A stretch of DNA of 64,000 nucleotides, taken from the NCBI GenBank assembly GCA_000091205.1, contig AP006486.2, one strand, 5' to 3'. The notes under the pieces are model-generated. The model was not told the origin of the DNA and made no database searches. It saw only the letters and a list, made by a program, of their open reading frames with translations. Source of the stretch: Cyanidioschyzon merolae. Lineage: Eukaryota. A program made the translations under genes and the position numbers. Of the stretch, positions 9,556 through 22,148 are shown piece after piece. Within the stretch, counting starts at the first letter, position 1. The number at the start of each line of letters is the position of its first letter.

Positions 9556-12500
9556 GAGACTTTTTCTCCTCAGTTTCTCGAGAAGGGGATAACGATATGG
9601 CCTATATGCTCAGCGAAGCTATGTGTCGACTTGTACTTTGCGAAGCAATGCAGACGGAAAACAGTATTGTGGAGTATCTGGGCCGTGCTCCCTGACTGCA
9701 GCAACGCTCTCCATATAACTCCACGCGACTGCGTTTAAATTGAAATCGCTTGTGCGAATCCGCACGCGGCGCACTGATGAATTGCATTCAGAAATCGAAT
9801 TTATCGCCATAGCGAGAACCCTTGTTTTTGTTGGAAAACCAAAACCTGCCTCATCTTTTTTCGACGTGTATGAACGAATGAATTTGTTACACACGCCGGG
9901 TGTCAGGATAGCCACATATATAAATTTTTCACATGCTAAAGTATCTCCCTCTCGTTATGATCTTCGACGTGACTGATGAACACGCTACCGGTCTACATCC
10001 GCCTGATTCGAAACCCATCTTTAATTCCAATGTTTATCGCGCAGCGTTCAATAGATATTAAATACCTATTAGCCATTTGATAGAACTATTAATTGGTATT
10101 TATAGCGAGGCATACGCGGAGTGTTTATAGTACGTCATTTCACGACTATTTCCGTTGAGATGAATTTTTTGCAAAACGCTCCCTCGTAATCCGCGTTAGG
10201 CAAGGAGCGTGTCTTGCACCTGGCATCCAAAGAGCAGGTTCTTACATGCCAGAGAAGTCGTTATTCCGAGCCTGCACCCACTGAAACCGCCGAACCCAGA
10301 ACTATGTTCATCATAGCTACAATCGATTCGAACTAGAAAGTGATATACGAACCTTATTGACGATATGTTTGTTCTTGCTGTGTACTGCGGCATGCATGCT
10401 ACATGTGGAAAATCCTTCATGGGATTTTTACGGTTAGAGATATCGTCCTCTCTGCAATAACTGAAGAAATGTTTCGAATTTCTTCAATAAGAGCTCGGGT
10501 TCAGAGTCCCATGCCGCGCGTGTTTGACAAATAGTTTTAACAGCTACGATATCTCTCGGGGAGACTATTCGCTTGTTGTCGCCTGCTTTTGTTCGGGTTT
10601 CTCGGGTTGGAAGCAATATACAGCCCATTCTCAGCGGCAGCTCAAGCTAAGTCGATTTTTCTTATAGTGTGGCAAATTCTCAGGGAACTGAATTACATAA
10701 CAGCTATGCTACTTTGGGATCAAAAAAAGTTTGTATGCCTAGTCAAGGAACGCTTCATAGCCCTCCAGGCAATAAGAACAAACAGCGGAGCAGCGCTGAG
10801 GAAGTGAGTTTCGCACTAAGTGACGAACCTTCTCACTCACTGCTCGACTACACAGTTTACCTGGTTAACTGCGAGCACGGCCCTGAACCGTGTCGTCAAG
10901 TCGTGAAAGTGTTTCGCTGCTTTGGAGCTGGCGAGCTAAACAGGGATCCATGGAAGAAGCGTCCGTTTCCCTGAAAATGACTTTTTTTCCGAGCTTCACA
11001 GATGCCACGAGCGACGGGAGGGGATGTCGAGCATCTCCCTGAGGCGCGCGTATCGAACGCGATTGCATATGCGTTGGCGCTCGTTTGCAAAACAATCCAC
11101 CGGCGGGCCAATGCATTTCAGTGCATTGTTTACGGGGTTGCTCGAGCGCGCGCAGATTTTGACAGTGGCAGCACGTGCGCGACGCGAAAGCGATGAATGA
11201 AACATGGATGATTATTTTCTCTGTAACGAATGCCATCTTGTGCCGCCAAGGTTTTTCTATGCACTGAAGTGCGTTCGTTTTTGAAAACATGTCGAAACAA
11301 AACGTCTTGGATGGCGATCTCGGAAATACTAAGAGCGAAAGCGGTCCGGACGCGTGTACAGCAGCCTTCCCCCTCGGTGCTCTAGCGGTTCTACGACTAA
11401 CGGAAATTGAGCAGTGCGCATATGACTGGGAAGGAAGTCTATGTGAAACTACAGAGAAAGGACCGGAAACAGAGGACCAGAAGGACACCATACAAACGCA
11501 GAGCCCGGGACAAAGATTTCTTCTGGGCTTTGGCTCGCCAGAGCACCGGGCCGAGCTACGAGCGCTGCTCGTGGCCGCACACGCTGGTTGTGACACGCGC
11601 ACAGTATCAGGTATTCTCTCGCCACCTAGAAGCGCTGACCTTGAAAAAGAAAAGAACTCGCTTCAGTAGTTACAGCTGGCGAAAGGAAAGCTGTCCGATG
11701 CTATACTCTGGGGTCGGGCGCTCGCCCTCTATTTTCCTCTCATTCGTATTTGTTTTCAAGTACAATTGTTTGCCGTCTATTTAGCTTCAAGAGCCGGAGT
11801 GCCAAGATTCGTATCCATTTCGCCATGTTCATGTTTGCTGGCATATGCCGTCACGGTTTGAGCAGAGGCGTACTTCGCCCCGTCGTGAACATACCTGAAG
11901 TAACGGACTAAGATATTTTCGTATAAGAACACTGCTGGCAGTCATCTATTTTGGCGATCATGACAGTGAAAGCGACTACCGTCATGCTGATGCTCGGAGG
12001 ATTCTAAGTTGCTGCCGTTCTTTGAAGTTTTCGCAAGCTATGGGCCAAAAGACTGACAAAGTCCACTTCGTACTCCGAGTTCCTTGACGACCTGTCCATG
12101 TACAGCAAGCTGGCAACGTGTACCATACGCTTACGGCTTTCAGCAATACGTAAACCAGAGGCCAAATAGAAACTTCGCAAACTCTTGAGCCCTTTGTGTC
12201 CGGCGCTGCTCAAGAGAGCTAAATCGGATGACTTTCCGCATGCTTCGATGCTGAGTCGCAAAGTCCTTCGCAGCCAATTGGAAGCCTACTCCAGAAGTTC
12301 AATGACTTCCGGGCTTCTATCCCTTGTTGCTCTTGCGTTCGATGCGCTGCACCTTAACTATGTTATAGTAGCATCGTGTTTCATGGATGCCATGCACATC
12401 TTTCTGCAGCAGAGTGTGCTCGCTGCTGCTTGTGCACTTATTCGCGTCGCCGATCAGCTGGGCGATCTGCCTTAATTTCTCTTCAATCGATGCGATTGCA

Positions 12501-13220
12501 GCGAAGAGGAAACAACGATCAGCAGACTGGTTTTCTCTCTTGGAAAGGCATATGTGCGCTGCACCCGCATCAGGTGTGAGCCCCAGCGAGGCGGCAATGA
12601 TGCACCCCAAAGAGATGGCATTCTGCGCTTTTCGGAACTCTTTCAGAGTGGCGTGCTGCACTTGAAAAAGATAATTTCCCACGGTGTTCATGACGAATCT
12701 TTTACCCGACTAAATGAATTTTTTTTATTTCTATAAAGTCGCGCTCTCAGAAATGCTGTACTCTTTGATGTGCAGAATCTGGGGCTGACCAGTAATTCCG
12801 CGATTGAGCTTGCTCGGAGAACTGGAGGTCAGGGAATTGAGCACGATACCGTTCCAGACACCACCAAGTAGAATGGAGCCTAGACAAGTCCTCTCGTGCC
12901 GAAACATGGTCAGAACGTTTCAGCGATCCATCAGATGCCATGTGTACTATCCCTGATGGCTCGCTCCATGCGCGGAAGTGGTCCTCGCCAGGTGGCCGAC
13001 GGCCAAACGCGGTTCCGGTCTCGCCATTAGAATATTTTGTACGCAATGCTTTGTTGACGTTCTCCTTGCCTTGTGCCGCGGCAACCGACATACTTCTGCA
13101 GGCGGAACTTTCATCTTTCGCGTGAGCAGTTATTGTCGTCTCGTTGTTTGGGAAATTCTCGATGGTAAGCTGCTCTCACTTCTCTCGCGTAGGGCCTCGT
13201 AACGGACTATCGTTGACCAC

Positions 13221-16067
13221 ATGTTCGGAAAGCCTCTTCCAGAGTGGCTAGCGGCAACGTACCCGCCAGAACCTGGAGCCTCGCTCTGTGACTCGAGAGC
13301 TTACTGGAGGTCTCACATTTTGAACTACTTTCAAAGTGTGGGATGCCCTTTGCAAGATTGGCATCTCGGTGACCGGCCTATCACGTCAGCTCGTTCGCTT
13401 CTCGACTGGATAGATGGAATTCGCGTAGGCCAGGATCCTCAGCACCGTGAGCGCTTGCGCTGGCGACCTGCTCTGAATACGCTGATGGAAGCTGATGTGC
13501 CAGTGTCAAGGTCTCAAGAGGAGCTACTCAGAACTGCTCTTGATCTTCTTCGCGGTGACGATCGGTACGTATTGATCCGAGGTCACTCGGACTCCCGCTA
13601 TGCTGGGCCGAACGCATCAGTTGCAAGACTTCTGGCTCCAGAATGGGTAGCGCTCACGCGTGCACTGGGCGACTGCGTCGCTCTCCGGCTGATCACCGAC
13701 TTCGTCTTGCTGGAAAGAGTTGGTCCCTCCTGTTACATACAACTGAGCGGACGGGTCGGACTAGAAAGGCTCTCTGCGAAGTCAGCGAAAGCACCCCAGA
13801 CTCATCGTGAAATCCCATGCGATATGCGCGGCGCTAGTCACAGACTGCATATCAACGCAGATCCGCATAGAACTGAATGTCCAACGAAAGCACGCATTGA
13901 AACATCCAAGGCACATGCTCTCCCGATTTCGACGAAAAGCATCGCGCTCGGCCCCTACGGCATAACGACAAGGAACCCGTATCTTGCCATGCATCCCTCA
14001 AAATCTAACGCCAAACGTTTGCTTGCGCTCGCTGCGGCAGGGCTGTGCTCACGCGAAGAGTATCATGGAGGGGTGTGTCTCCCTCTTCGCTGCTCCTCCT
14101 GTATTCGTTTCCTTGACGCTTTTCGCTGCATACTGGTGCGAGCGTGGGATATTCCTCTGAAGGGAATGCTCAACCATTACTGCCCATCGAAAGCAACCAC
14201 TGTGGACCAGTCTCAACCAGTTATGAAAAAATATGCCTCTTCACGCCGCTCTGTTTTCCATTTCCTCTTTGCGATATTCAGATCGATTGTTCCCACTTGT
14301 GTGTTTGAGTCCTTTACATTTGAAATCTGGGTACGGAAGGCGATATCCTCCTTCCTTCTGAGCAAAATATCTTCCACGCCTTACGATGTACGACTTCATG
14401 TCGCTCAGCTGATGGAAACGGTACAATTTCAGCAGCATCAGCCTATGTCTTTTGGCGACGCTGGAGTATGCCGCAACCATCCGCTGCACATTCAGCATAT
14501 TTTCAGCTTTCTTTTCAACGCCATCGTCATACACGTCTTCGATGAATGTTTTGTTCTCAGCGCAGCCGATCGCGCTGAGATGCGGAGATTGATATTACGT
14601 CGAGACTCGCTCTTCGTTTTCCGCACGCAAGCCATTGCTCACCTTGTACGCAGTGGCGACTTTGAACGCATGCGGAAGAATCTCGGTAAGCGAACTGGTC
14701 ACTGGACAAGTGTTCGTATTTTGCCGAAAGCGAACAGCTTTCGACTTGTTCAAAAAATGAGCCCTGACACACAGGGGAAGGAGACAACCCTAATACACGC
14801 TGTTTGCCTGTACGAGCGCTTGTCTCGACCTGAGGCGTTCGGCGCGAGCATTCGTTCTCTAACTGAAATGCACCAGCGTTGGGCCGCCTTCGTCCAGAGA
14901 TGGCGACGGTTTGGGCGACCGCCTCTTTTTGCACTATGCTTCGATATCCGCCAGGCTTTCGATTCTATACCTTTGAAGCGTTTTCTCTGGCGAGAGCTTT
15001 CGGATTTCTTTCACTCAGAGGCCTACGCGCTTCGAAGGTTCATTGTCACAGACAAACAATTTCGATTTCCACAACGAAAGTGGTTTGCCTGCCCTATTGC
15101 TGATGTCACTAGAGGTTACGACGCTTTTGCTCTGCAGTACTTGCAGTCAGCCCGCAGCAAAATTATTGCCGACGAGGGCGTGATTTGTTCGCTGCATACC
15201 GCCGATATCATTTCGCATTTACGTCGAATTATCGGAAGCAATCAAGTTCATTTTGGCGATCATTCTTCAGCGTTAATCCAGCGCCGGGGCATTCCCCAAG
15301 GTTTACCAATATCGAGCATCCTATGCGATTTTCACCTCGGATGCTTTGAGCGAAAATGTCTGAAGGATTTCCTTCGCGTTAATAGTACAAAGGATCCGCC
15401 TTCCTTATTGATGCGTTACGTAGATGATGTGTTTTTCGTAACGAGTGAAGTTTCCATCTTCCGTGCGTTTTGCAACAGGGTTCAGCAGTGCTCAAAAGCG
15501 CTTGGCGTGATGCCATCTCCCGGGAAGACTCGAAAATGCGTCGCAGGCGGTAGGAAACCCCGTATCGAATGGTGTGGCATGATTTTCGATCTGCAGAGTG
15601 CCCAAGTTCTACTACGGATGCCGCGGTCTATCCCATCGGAGGCACCGGACGCTGCTGTCTTTTTCTCGAAATGCAAAACCGCAAGCCATCCTCGAATCCT
15701 CCGACGGTTTATTTCCATTTTCGCCTCCCAGATGCAGTCAGTATTCCTTGATCTCTCCATTAACGGCCCTGAAACTGTGAAACGGAATATCTGCACTGCA
15801 TTACGCCTAGCCCTTAACCGCATCGGTGAGGATGATCTGAGAAGTTCGCTGCGAGAGAAACCAGCTCAACGCATCCTGTTGCGATGGCTACGTCAAACGA
15901 CCATGAATCGATGCTGCCGCTGGGAGCCGTTGTCGGAACAAACGCCACAAACGTACCGCAGTGAACTGAACCGAATCCTCTGCGAAGGATTTAGGATAAT
16001 CTTACACAAATGCATTCACAACGAAGATTGTTTTCAAGGCTGTCGTGCTGCTTCAAGCTGTGCGTGA
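13221..16067 (+). CDS. TERT: Telomerase reverse transcriptase (TERT), 948 aa.
   Basis: The RT motifs are in TERT order and spacing: motif 1/2 VRILPKANSFRLV; motif A LCFDIRQAFDSIP; ~113 aa from motif A to B' (an IFD-sized insertion); B' RRGIPQGLPISSILCDF; C LLMRYVDDVFFVTS; E KTRKCV...IEWCGMIFD. A C-terminal extension follows. Confidence 0.85.
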   Translation: MFGKPLPEWLAATYPPEPGASLCDSRAYWRSHILNYFQSVGCPLQDWHLGDRPITSARSLLDWIDGIRVGQDPQHRERLRWRPALNTLMEADVPVSRSQEELLRTALDLLRGDDRYVLIRGHSDSRYAGPNASVARLLAPEWVALTRALGDCVALRLITDFVLLERVGPSCYIQLSGRVGLERLSAKSAKAPQTHREIPCDMRGASHRLHINADPHRTECPTKARIETSKAHALPISTKSIALGPYGITTRNPYLAMHPSKSNAKRLLALAAAGLCSREEYHGGVCLPLRCSSCIRFLDAFRCILVRAWDIPLKGMLNHYCPSKATTVDQSQPVMKKYASSRRSVFHFLFAIFRSIVPTCVFESFTFEIWVRKAISSFLLSKISSTPYDVRLHVAQLMETVQFQQHQPMSFGDAGVCRNHPLHIQHIFSFLFNAIVIHVFDECFVLSAADRAEMRRLILRRDSLFVFRTQAIAHLVRSGDFERMRKNLGKRTGHWTSVRILPKANSFRLVQKMSPDTQGKETTLIHAVCLYERLSRPEAFGASIRSLTEMHQRWAAFVQRWRRFGRPPLFALCFDIRQAFDSIPLKRFLWRELSDFFHSEAYALRRFIVTDKQFRFPQRKWFACPIADVTRGYDAFALQYLQSARSKIIADEGVICSLHTADIISHLRRIIGSNQVHFGDHSSALIQRRGIPQGLPISSILCDFHLGCFERKCLKDFLRVNSTKDPPSLLMRYVDDVFFVTSEVSIFRAFCNRVQQCSKALGVMPSPGKTRKCVAGGRKPRIEWCGMIFDLQSAQVLLRMPRSIPSEAPDAAVFFSKCKTASHPRILRRFISIFASQMQSVFLDLSINGPETVKRNICTALRLALNRIGEDDLRSSLREKPAQRILLRWLRQTTMNRCCRWEPLSEQTPQTYRSELNRILCEGFRIILHKCIHNEDCFQGCRAASSCA

Positions 16068-17209
16068 ATCACTCAGTCGCTCGGAGAGTGGTCACGCGTC
16101 TAGAGTCGTGCCTCCGTACGAGAACCGACGATGCGTTTCAGCCACGCTTAGCGTGGGGTTATATGAGGATGCGTCAGGATTAGTCCAGTGAGTCTGGCGA
16201 GGCCCCAATTTCATGGGACATTCCGTTTCTCTCCAACGCGTTCCAGCGCCTTAGACCGCGCGATAGATATTCCTGTGGTTCTCTGGTTGGATCATTGATG
16301 CGTCGTTGAGCCGAGCACGATGAAACGCTTCTAGGTGACGCTTATAAACATGGCGTATCTCGAACATATATACCATTTAGCGAATCGTGCTGCGAAGAAT
16401 CGAGGCAATATGAGATGGATCTTGTGCAGGCTCACCATTCAAAGAAGAATTCAATGCAATACACATAGGGCGCCAGCGTTTTCTTTACAAATATGACAAA
16501 GGAGCTTCCAGTTCATCTCGGCATCTTATGCCTAGCCAGAGACTCGGGAAACTATTCTCCGGAAGACACATTTGCACAAGGTTTGCAGAATTGCACTGGA
16601 GACAGAGGCTCTTTCTCTCGTTTTCCTGAATACCATAATGCGGACTTGCAGGTCTGGTTCATCCGGAATAAACTCGGAAACAGGACGGATCCCAAAGTCT
16701 GTTTCTTCCGTACGAACTTGAGCATGCATTGGCAGTAAATGGGCGGAAGAACTCAACGTCAAGTGTAGCTGAGGAACGCAAGTGCGTTCAGTTCTGATAT
16801 TCTAAGCCCGCTGCATGAGACCAGATGCAGTCGGCGAAGCTCTTATTGACGGTTTCCACAAAGGCGAGAGCCGCCCCCTTTGTGATAGTGCTTCGTATAA
16901 TAGCATTTCTGACCACGGATGCACCTTACACACAGGTGCCACAAATCTGCAGTCTGGCAGCGACTACGCCGTTCTCTGAAGGCCGCTTCCACGCCCTACA
17001 ATGCTCAAGGCATTTTTCACGATAGGAATAGAAGTTAGATTGATTCAGCGTTAGAGATTGCACTGCTGCCGAGCGCACCGCACATCCCCTTGGTGCAGCA
17101 CTGGAGGCTGTGGCAGCAGCAGCTACGACACTGGCACCATACGAAGGCAGCCTTGCTTGGCGTTGCATTTGCAAGCGTCCCTTCGAGACCTGCGTCCGTT
17201 ATACTCTGA

Positions 17210-20200
17210 GCAGTGAATCCCGGAACAAGTGCATCAGCTCGCACTTTCCTTCTTGTTCCATTTGTCACAAGTACTCATCAAAAGAAATGTATATTTTAGA
17301 TCGGAGAAAGGTCCCGAAAACATTAGATTTCGTCACTGCTAGCTTCCCCGGAAAACGAGCTTGCTTCTTCCAGCCTGTTATTCGTCGGTCAGCAGGCGGA
17401 TACATCCCCGCCCTTCACGTATTGCTTATCCTGAACGTTGTGCTTCCACAACAGAACTTATCAAACCCGCTGGACGCGACGGTCGCCTCGTCAATCCGTT
17501 CCTCCCCATACGTTCTCGGTGAGATACCACCAAAGAAGTCACAGCATGCGCAGTTTCCCCATCGGTGATACAGGCGGAGAAAAATACGCCCGGATGCAAG
17601 AGCAAAACGAACATGCTTCTTCGGGAGACCGTCGCGCATTGAATGAAGCACCCCTCGTTTCGCACTGGAGCGCGAAGGCCTCGCACTCGACGGATGTTCG
17701 TCTCGATATCCTGAACCTTATGCCCGACAAATGGTAGACATGTGCACGGCGACTCGAGCAGGGTCAAACCGCTGTTCGTGCAGCAGAGACAAGAGAGCAT
17801 GATGACAATATCGGCCCTAGCGACGGTGCTATCCTGTGGTCGCCTACGTATCGCGATTCGGACAGGATTGGTCAACGCCTTAGCCTTCGTCGAGGAACGC
17901 TTCGCGGCTTCTCCTCCACCATGTCATTCTATGCTGTTCTTCGTAGACTTCGCTTTCCGTGTCTTAGACGCTGTCAAAGAGTACGCAGGTGGAACTAGCG
18001 CTGAGCCGCCCTTCACGTCAGACTATTCTTCCTGGTTCAATGCGTCGAATGCATCTTGTCTGTTATCAGACACCATCTCTGTGCTCACTCACCTATAGAC
18101 GAGTCATTCGCATCCGTAAAATTATTCTTCAACGAGTACGTCTTCGAGAACAGGTCCTGTACTTTCACTGGGCCTGAATTGCTGCGTTCCTCCTGCGCTC
18201 TTTCTGCTGAGGGAGCGCAGAGGCGCGCTCCGTGCCGCGAGCGTACTCGCCACGGAGAAGTCTGTAATGAGGCACTTGAGCAATCGTGGTTGCTTGCGTA
18301 CACAGAAAAGCACGAATGTCAGCGCCGTCGTCCGCACCGTGTGCCTGAGTCCCAGGAAAAAAGGATTTGGATTATAGCGACAACATCCACACTACTCCGC
18401 CAGCGAGACGACGGGGCGACGGAGAAAGACAGGAAAATGCCGGACAAACAGGAAGTGAATGATCCTCCCAGAAAGAGGACGAAGAAGAACCAGAAGGGAA
18501 AGCGGCCGGGGCAGACATATCAGCGAGAAACAGTTGCCGAAGCCTCTCTACGGAAACACATCAATGGGGGCAAGCCTCCAAGATGTGGGGTTCAGGACAC
18601 CATTCGGGATTTCGAGGCTTCTCACTCGAGGAAGTCTCCACGGGCTTCTCTCGCCGAGGCGCCCGTCGTCAAACACATGTTCGCGTGAGTGCTGGACGCA
18701 GAGCTCCCCGCGCTCCAGGCTCCTCTGGATTTTGCCAAGTAAATCTTCGACCGGCAACGCAGCTGATGCTCGCGACGGTGGATGCAGCACGGCCTGATCG
18801 AAGAATCAGGGACTTGTATGAATGCCTCTGAGCGTACGATGACTCGTCGGCGCGCCGCGTCGGCAACAGGAACGTCTACAACGCAGGTGCCACAGATGAA
18901 ATGAACCACCAAAAATTCAAGTTCCTTGGCGGGTCATTGTTGAGCACCTCACCGGGCATACCCAGTCAGCGTTGTACGCTTGTGCACTCACACCAGTGGT
19001 CCGGAGCGTGAGCACTGATGGAAGGGGTTCATAGGGGTGCCCATGGAGGCAAGTGACGAGCTGGAGGCTACGGAGGAGCGCGAGATGGCAGCGAGTTTCG
19101 AGAAGATGCCGCAGCAAGAGCGGTGGGCGCTTCAGATCGTTCAAGTTTATGGTGCTGCTGAGGGCTATTGGACCGCCGAACGTCGTTCCTGAGTATGTTT
19201 GAAGCGCGACGCCTGCCATGCTTGCATGTTGCGCTACTTCGGTTTCCTGAACAAAACCTCCACTGTAGAGCACCCTCCCTGGCCGAGTCCGAACTCCCTG
19301 GCCTACTCAAGCGCTTCTTGGACGCGGTCCATGCACGCGACTTCTAGGGCCACGATATTACTGTACTGTACTGCACTGCAGTGTACTGGACTGCACTGGA
19401 CTGCACTGCACTGTACTGCACTGTACTGTACTGCTCTGTACTGCACTGCTCTGTACTGCACTGCACTGTACTGCTCTGTACTCCTCTGTACTGCACTGCA
19501 GTGTACTGGACTGGACTGGACTGCACTGCACTGGACTGCACTGTGCTGTGCTGTGCTGTGCTGTGCTGTGCTGTGCTGTGCTGTGCTGTGCTGTGCTGTG
19601 CTGCACTTGACCGCACTGCCCCGTCCTATCCTATACTGTACTACCTGCTCAATGAGCTACAACTGGTCTTTGCGAGCACATATGAAGCACTCGAGCATCT
19701 TTACGAAGAGCATTGGCGGGGGCCGTTCAAGGTTGTTTCTTGACGCAGAGTCCAAGGAAGGAACTGGACAGGTGCAGTGCAGACCGACGGAATATCCCTC
19801 TGGTTGCACTCTGTTCAGTCGATACCCGAGTCCCGCAAAGAGGCTCGTTTCAATCGCTCATCGTCGATGAAATCTAAAATTTCGCGGCGGGTGTAGGTCC
19901 CGGGTTGCAGGACGTCATAGCTGTCGCCGTGCTCCCAGGTCAGGACGACGAAGCCAAGGGCCTGAACTGAAAGCAGCTGGAGAAGCTAAATGTTTCCAGA
20001 GCTCCGTCTTATTGAGGGTCGCGCATGACAGGTGTCAGAAGGCATACCGACAGATGGAATGGACGCGGCAGGACCCAGATAGACGCCCTGAATACCGTGC
20101 GGAGCAGAGGTGGTCCTTCGAACGCTTCAGCCGAAGATTGCGTGAGCGTCTGAATGGCTCGTGCGGAAGGCGTCTCTGGCAGGCGTACCCGAGGCCGCGC

Positions 20201-20935
20201 TGAGGTCGCCAACTTTTTCGGTTGCACGGAGACAAGAAACGTCCATTGACCGTCCACTTCCATATATTGGAGAAGGAAATGACCGACAAGTCGCTTCGTT
20301 CGAAGGCAGCGTAGGGTTCTTGATGTGTTGCGGCGTGCAGTGGCTCCACTCTTGCTCGTCGAATGCGAGCGCACGACAAGTGCAGGAATCGACTCTTCAG
20401 GAATCCCATCGGTGAGTTCGGGACGACAAACACTCCTTGCGGACACGGGTGTGCGCTGAAACCGATTGAGAAGAAGCGAGTGAAGCGCAGACAGCTGTAT
20501 GAGATGGTGTACGGCAGGGTGACCAAACCTCAGATACCGGTGCATTCGAAGGCGAGCGGCTTTGTATAGTGCGATTCTACCAGCAAGCTTGTGCGCAGGC
20601 GCTTTCTGCAGCGAGACTTGAACGTCCCGCTCAACGTTCGGAAATGTCACGTGCCTCCGGAGCGCTCAGCGGCTTTGCATCGAGCGGGTTGTCGGGGAAG
20701 AATCGTTCGCTTCTCAGCGTAGGCATTGTGCTGGAGCGCTGAGGACTCCCGATGCAGAACAAATCAGTAGCCGGGATCGAGGATCGTGGATTTCCGCCTG
20801 GAGCAAGACACTGGTATGGAACGGTGTATCAGTTCGGAATAGGCTGGAGTGCCGCTTATCTAGATCGGGAAAGACTTTCGTAGGCAACTGATGAGTGATT
20901 ATGGTGTAGGATTACTCAATAAGATGGGCAAAGTT
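17210..20935. repeat. Copy A of a ~3.6-3.7 kb direct segmental repeat. It is ~98% identical to 29773-33355 and has no recognisable coding content.
   Basis: The ORF-track translations are near-identical between copies: 17426-17875 vs 29991-30440, 18056-18688 vs 30621-31253, 20009-20650 vs 32434-33075. Nucleotide alignment starts at ~17210/29773 and ends at ~20935/33355. Confidence 0.9.
19358..19612. repeat. Pentanucleotide minisatellite: degenerate (ACTGC/ACTGT/ACTGG)n followed by (CTGTG)14.
   Basis: I read this directly from the sequence. The ORFs over it (Cys/Thr/Leu/Ala-rich, 19199-19870 and 19344-19616) are translation artefacts of the repeat. Confidence 0.9.
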
Positions 20936-21341
20936 GAGCGAGCCCTGTCGTCAACGCCGTGCCTGCGTTAGCGACGGCTTTCGCAGCTGTATGCCAGGCT
21001 TCCTGACACCAGCGGATTCGGCGAACGAAAATATTTCGAAGTTCAAAAAATTCCTGACGACCTCGATTATTCTGAGATGTACATAGACGAAATTCGTGGA
21101 TTCCTGACAACGCATCTGGCTCGAGAATTGTACGCACCACAGACTGGATCCTAATCGCAGATCTGTTCATTCCTGTGGAAGAGATAAATGCGGGTCGTTC
21201 GCTCGTCGACCTTGACACCTCTAAATCGCAACATCATCCGTTGTTCATCGATGTGGAGGAGCCTCAAAGCAACAGCTCAGCTAGTGTCTCGCAAAATGCG
21301 ACTCGTGCGAGCCTGCTGAGCGCAAATCCTCAGAGAGGCTT

Positions 21342-22148
21342 TCACGAACTTTTGTTAGATTGTCGCTCCGAGCATCGCATTCGTCGAGCAACTGCTGCAA
21401 CAAATGGAAGCAGAATCTTCCCAGTAAGGTCATCGATCAAAAGGATATTGTACAGGGCCGAGGCCGCCCAGACGACTTTTCGAAGGCCTGCTCCAGGTGG
21501 CGAGGCCGGTTGCCCTCGTTTGCATGATAGTTCGTGCCAGAGGATGATTCTTCGCACGACCTCCACTCTTGCAGGTGGTACACATATCAGGGTAAATACA
21601 GACGGCGGAGAATCATTGGCTCCCTCCACAACAAGCTGATAAACGAAGCAGTCCGCTTCGAGGTGCTCTTTGGACTGAGACACCAGAGATAGACCGTCGA
21701 GAATCGAGTTGAGCTCTACTGCACCAGTTTCCCGCTGCAATAGATTCATTGAACGTTTCATGGTTTCTGCAATGAGATCCTTTTGAATAGGCGTGTCGCT
21801 ATCGGTGTTGTAGAGTGCGACAGCAACAAAGTCGACAACCAAAGGACCAAAGTTCGGAAACTGCGAGAGCATATAGTCCAGGATAACGCGCTCTGCCCAT
21901 GACGAGCGACCTTTCGCTCCAAACACTAGAGCGCATACCGTCGCCTGCGGGGAAGTGGACTGTCCGAAGTGGGGAAAGACCTTCTCCGACAAAAAACCAT
22001 AGATTCCTTCTGTTGCTGGTGCAGCCGCTACAGATACCCCTTGCGACAAGGGCAGACCCAAAAGACTGGAACCTGATAGGTCTCCACGGCTTGAACTGGT
22101 ACCCGGCTCCCAAAACGAACTTGGTTCTGTAACTATGAGAGTTTCCAT
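21342..22148 (-). CDS. Hypothetical protein (268-aa ORF). I recognise no family.
   Basis: It is a moderately long ORF with non-repetitive composition. An overlapping ORF at 21799-22242 (-) in another frame leaves the 5' end unclear. Confidence 0.3.
   Translation of the reverse strand: METLIVTEPSSFWEPGTSSSRGDLSGSSLLGLPLSQGVSVAAAPATEGIYGFLSEKVFPHFGQSTSPQATVCALVFGAKGRSSWAERVILDYMLSQFPNFGPLVVDFVAVALYNTDSDTPIQKDLIAETMKRSMNLLQRETGAVELNSILDGLSLVSQSKEHLEADCFVYQLVVEGANDSPPSVFTLICVPPARVEVVRRIILWHELSCKRGQPASPPGAGLRKVVWAASALYNILLIDDLTGKILLPFVAAVARRMRCSERQSNKSS

Noticed and set aside
10865-11602. There is a 245-aa minus-strand ORF in the gap upstream of TERT.
   Set aside because: The translation is Ser/Ala/Arg/Cys-rich with no domain, and it overlaps other short ORFs. 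It is most likely a noise ORF. I noted it only as a low-confidence possibility.
13221-16067. I considered whether the 948-aa RT ORF is a Penelope-like or other retroelement RT rather than TERT.
   Set aside because: The spacing from motif A to B' is ~113 aa, which is the TERT-specific IFD insertion. The IPQG B' motif and VDD motif C are TERT-type, and TERT-type motif E (WCG) and a C-terminal extension are present. There is no GIY-YIG or other endonuclease domain, no flanking repeats bounding the ORF, and the gene is single-copy in the window.
19199-19870. There are 223-aa and overlapping ORFs rich in Cys/Thr/Ala/Leu (CTALYCTALY...), with antisense partners at 19344-19616.
   Set aside because: They are direct translations of the pentanucleotide minisatellite in different frames and strands. 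They have no coding significance.
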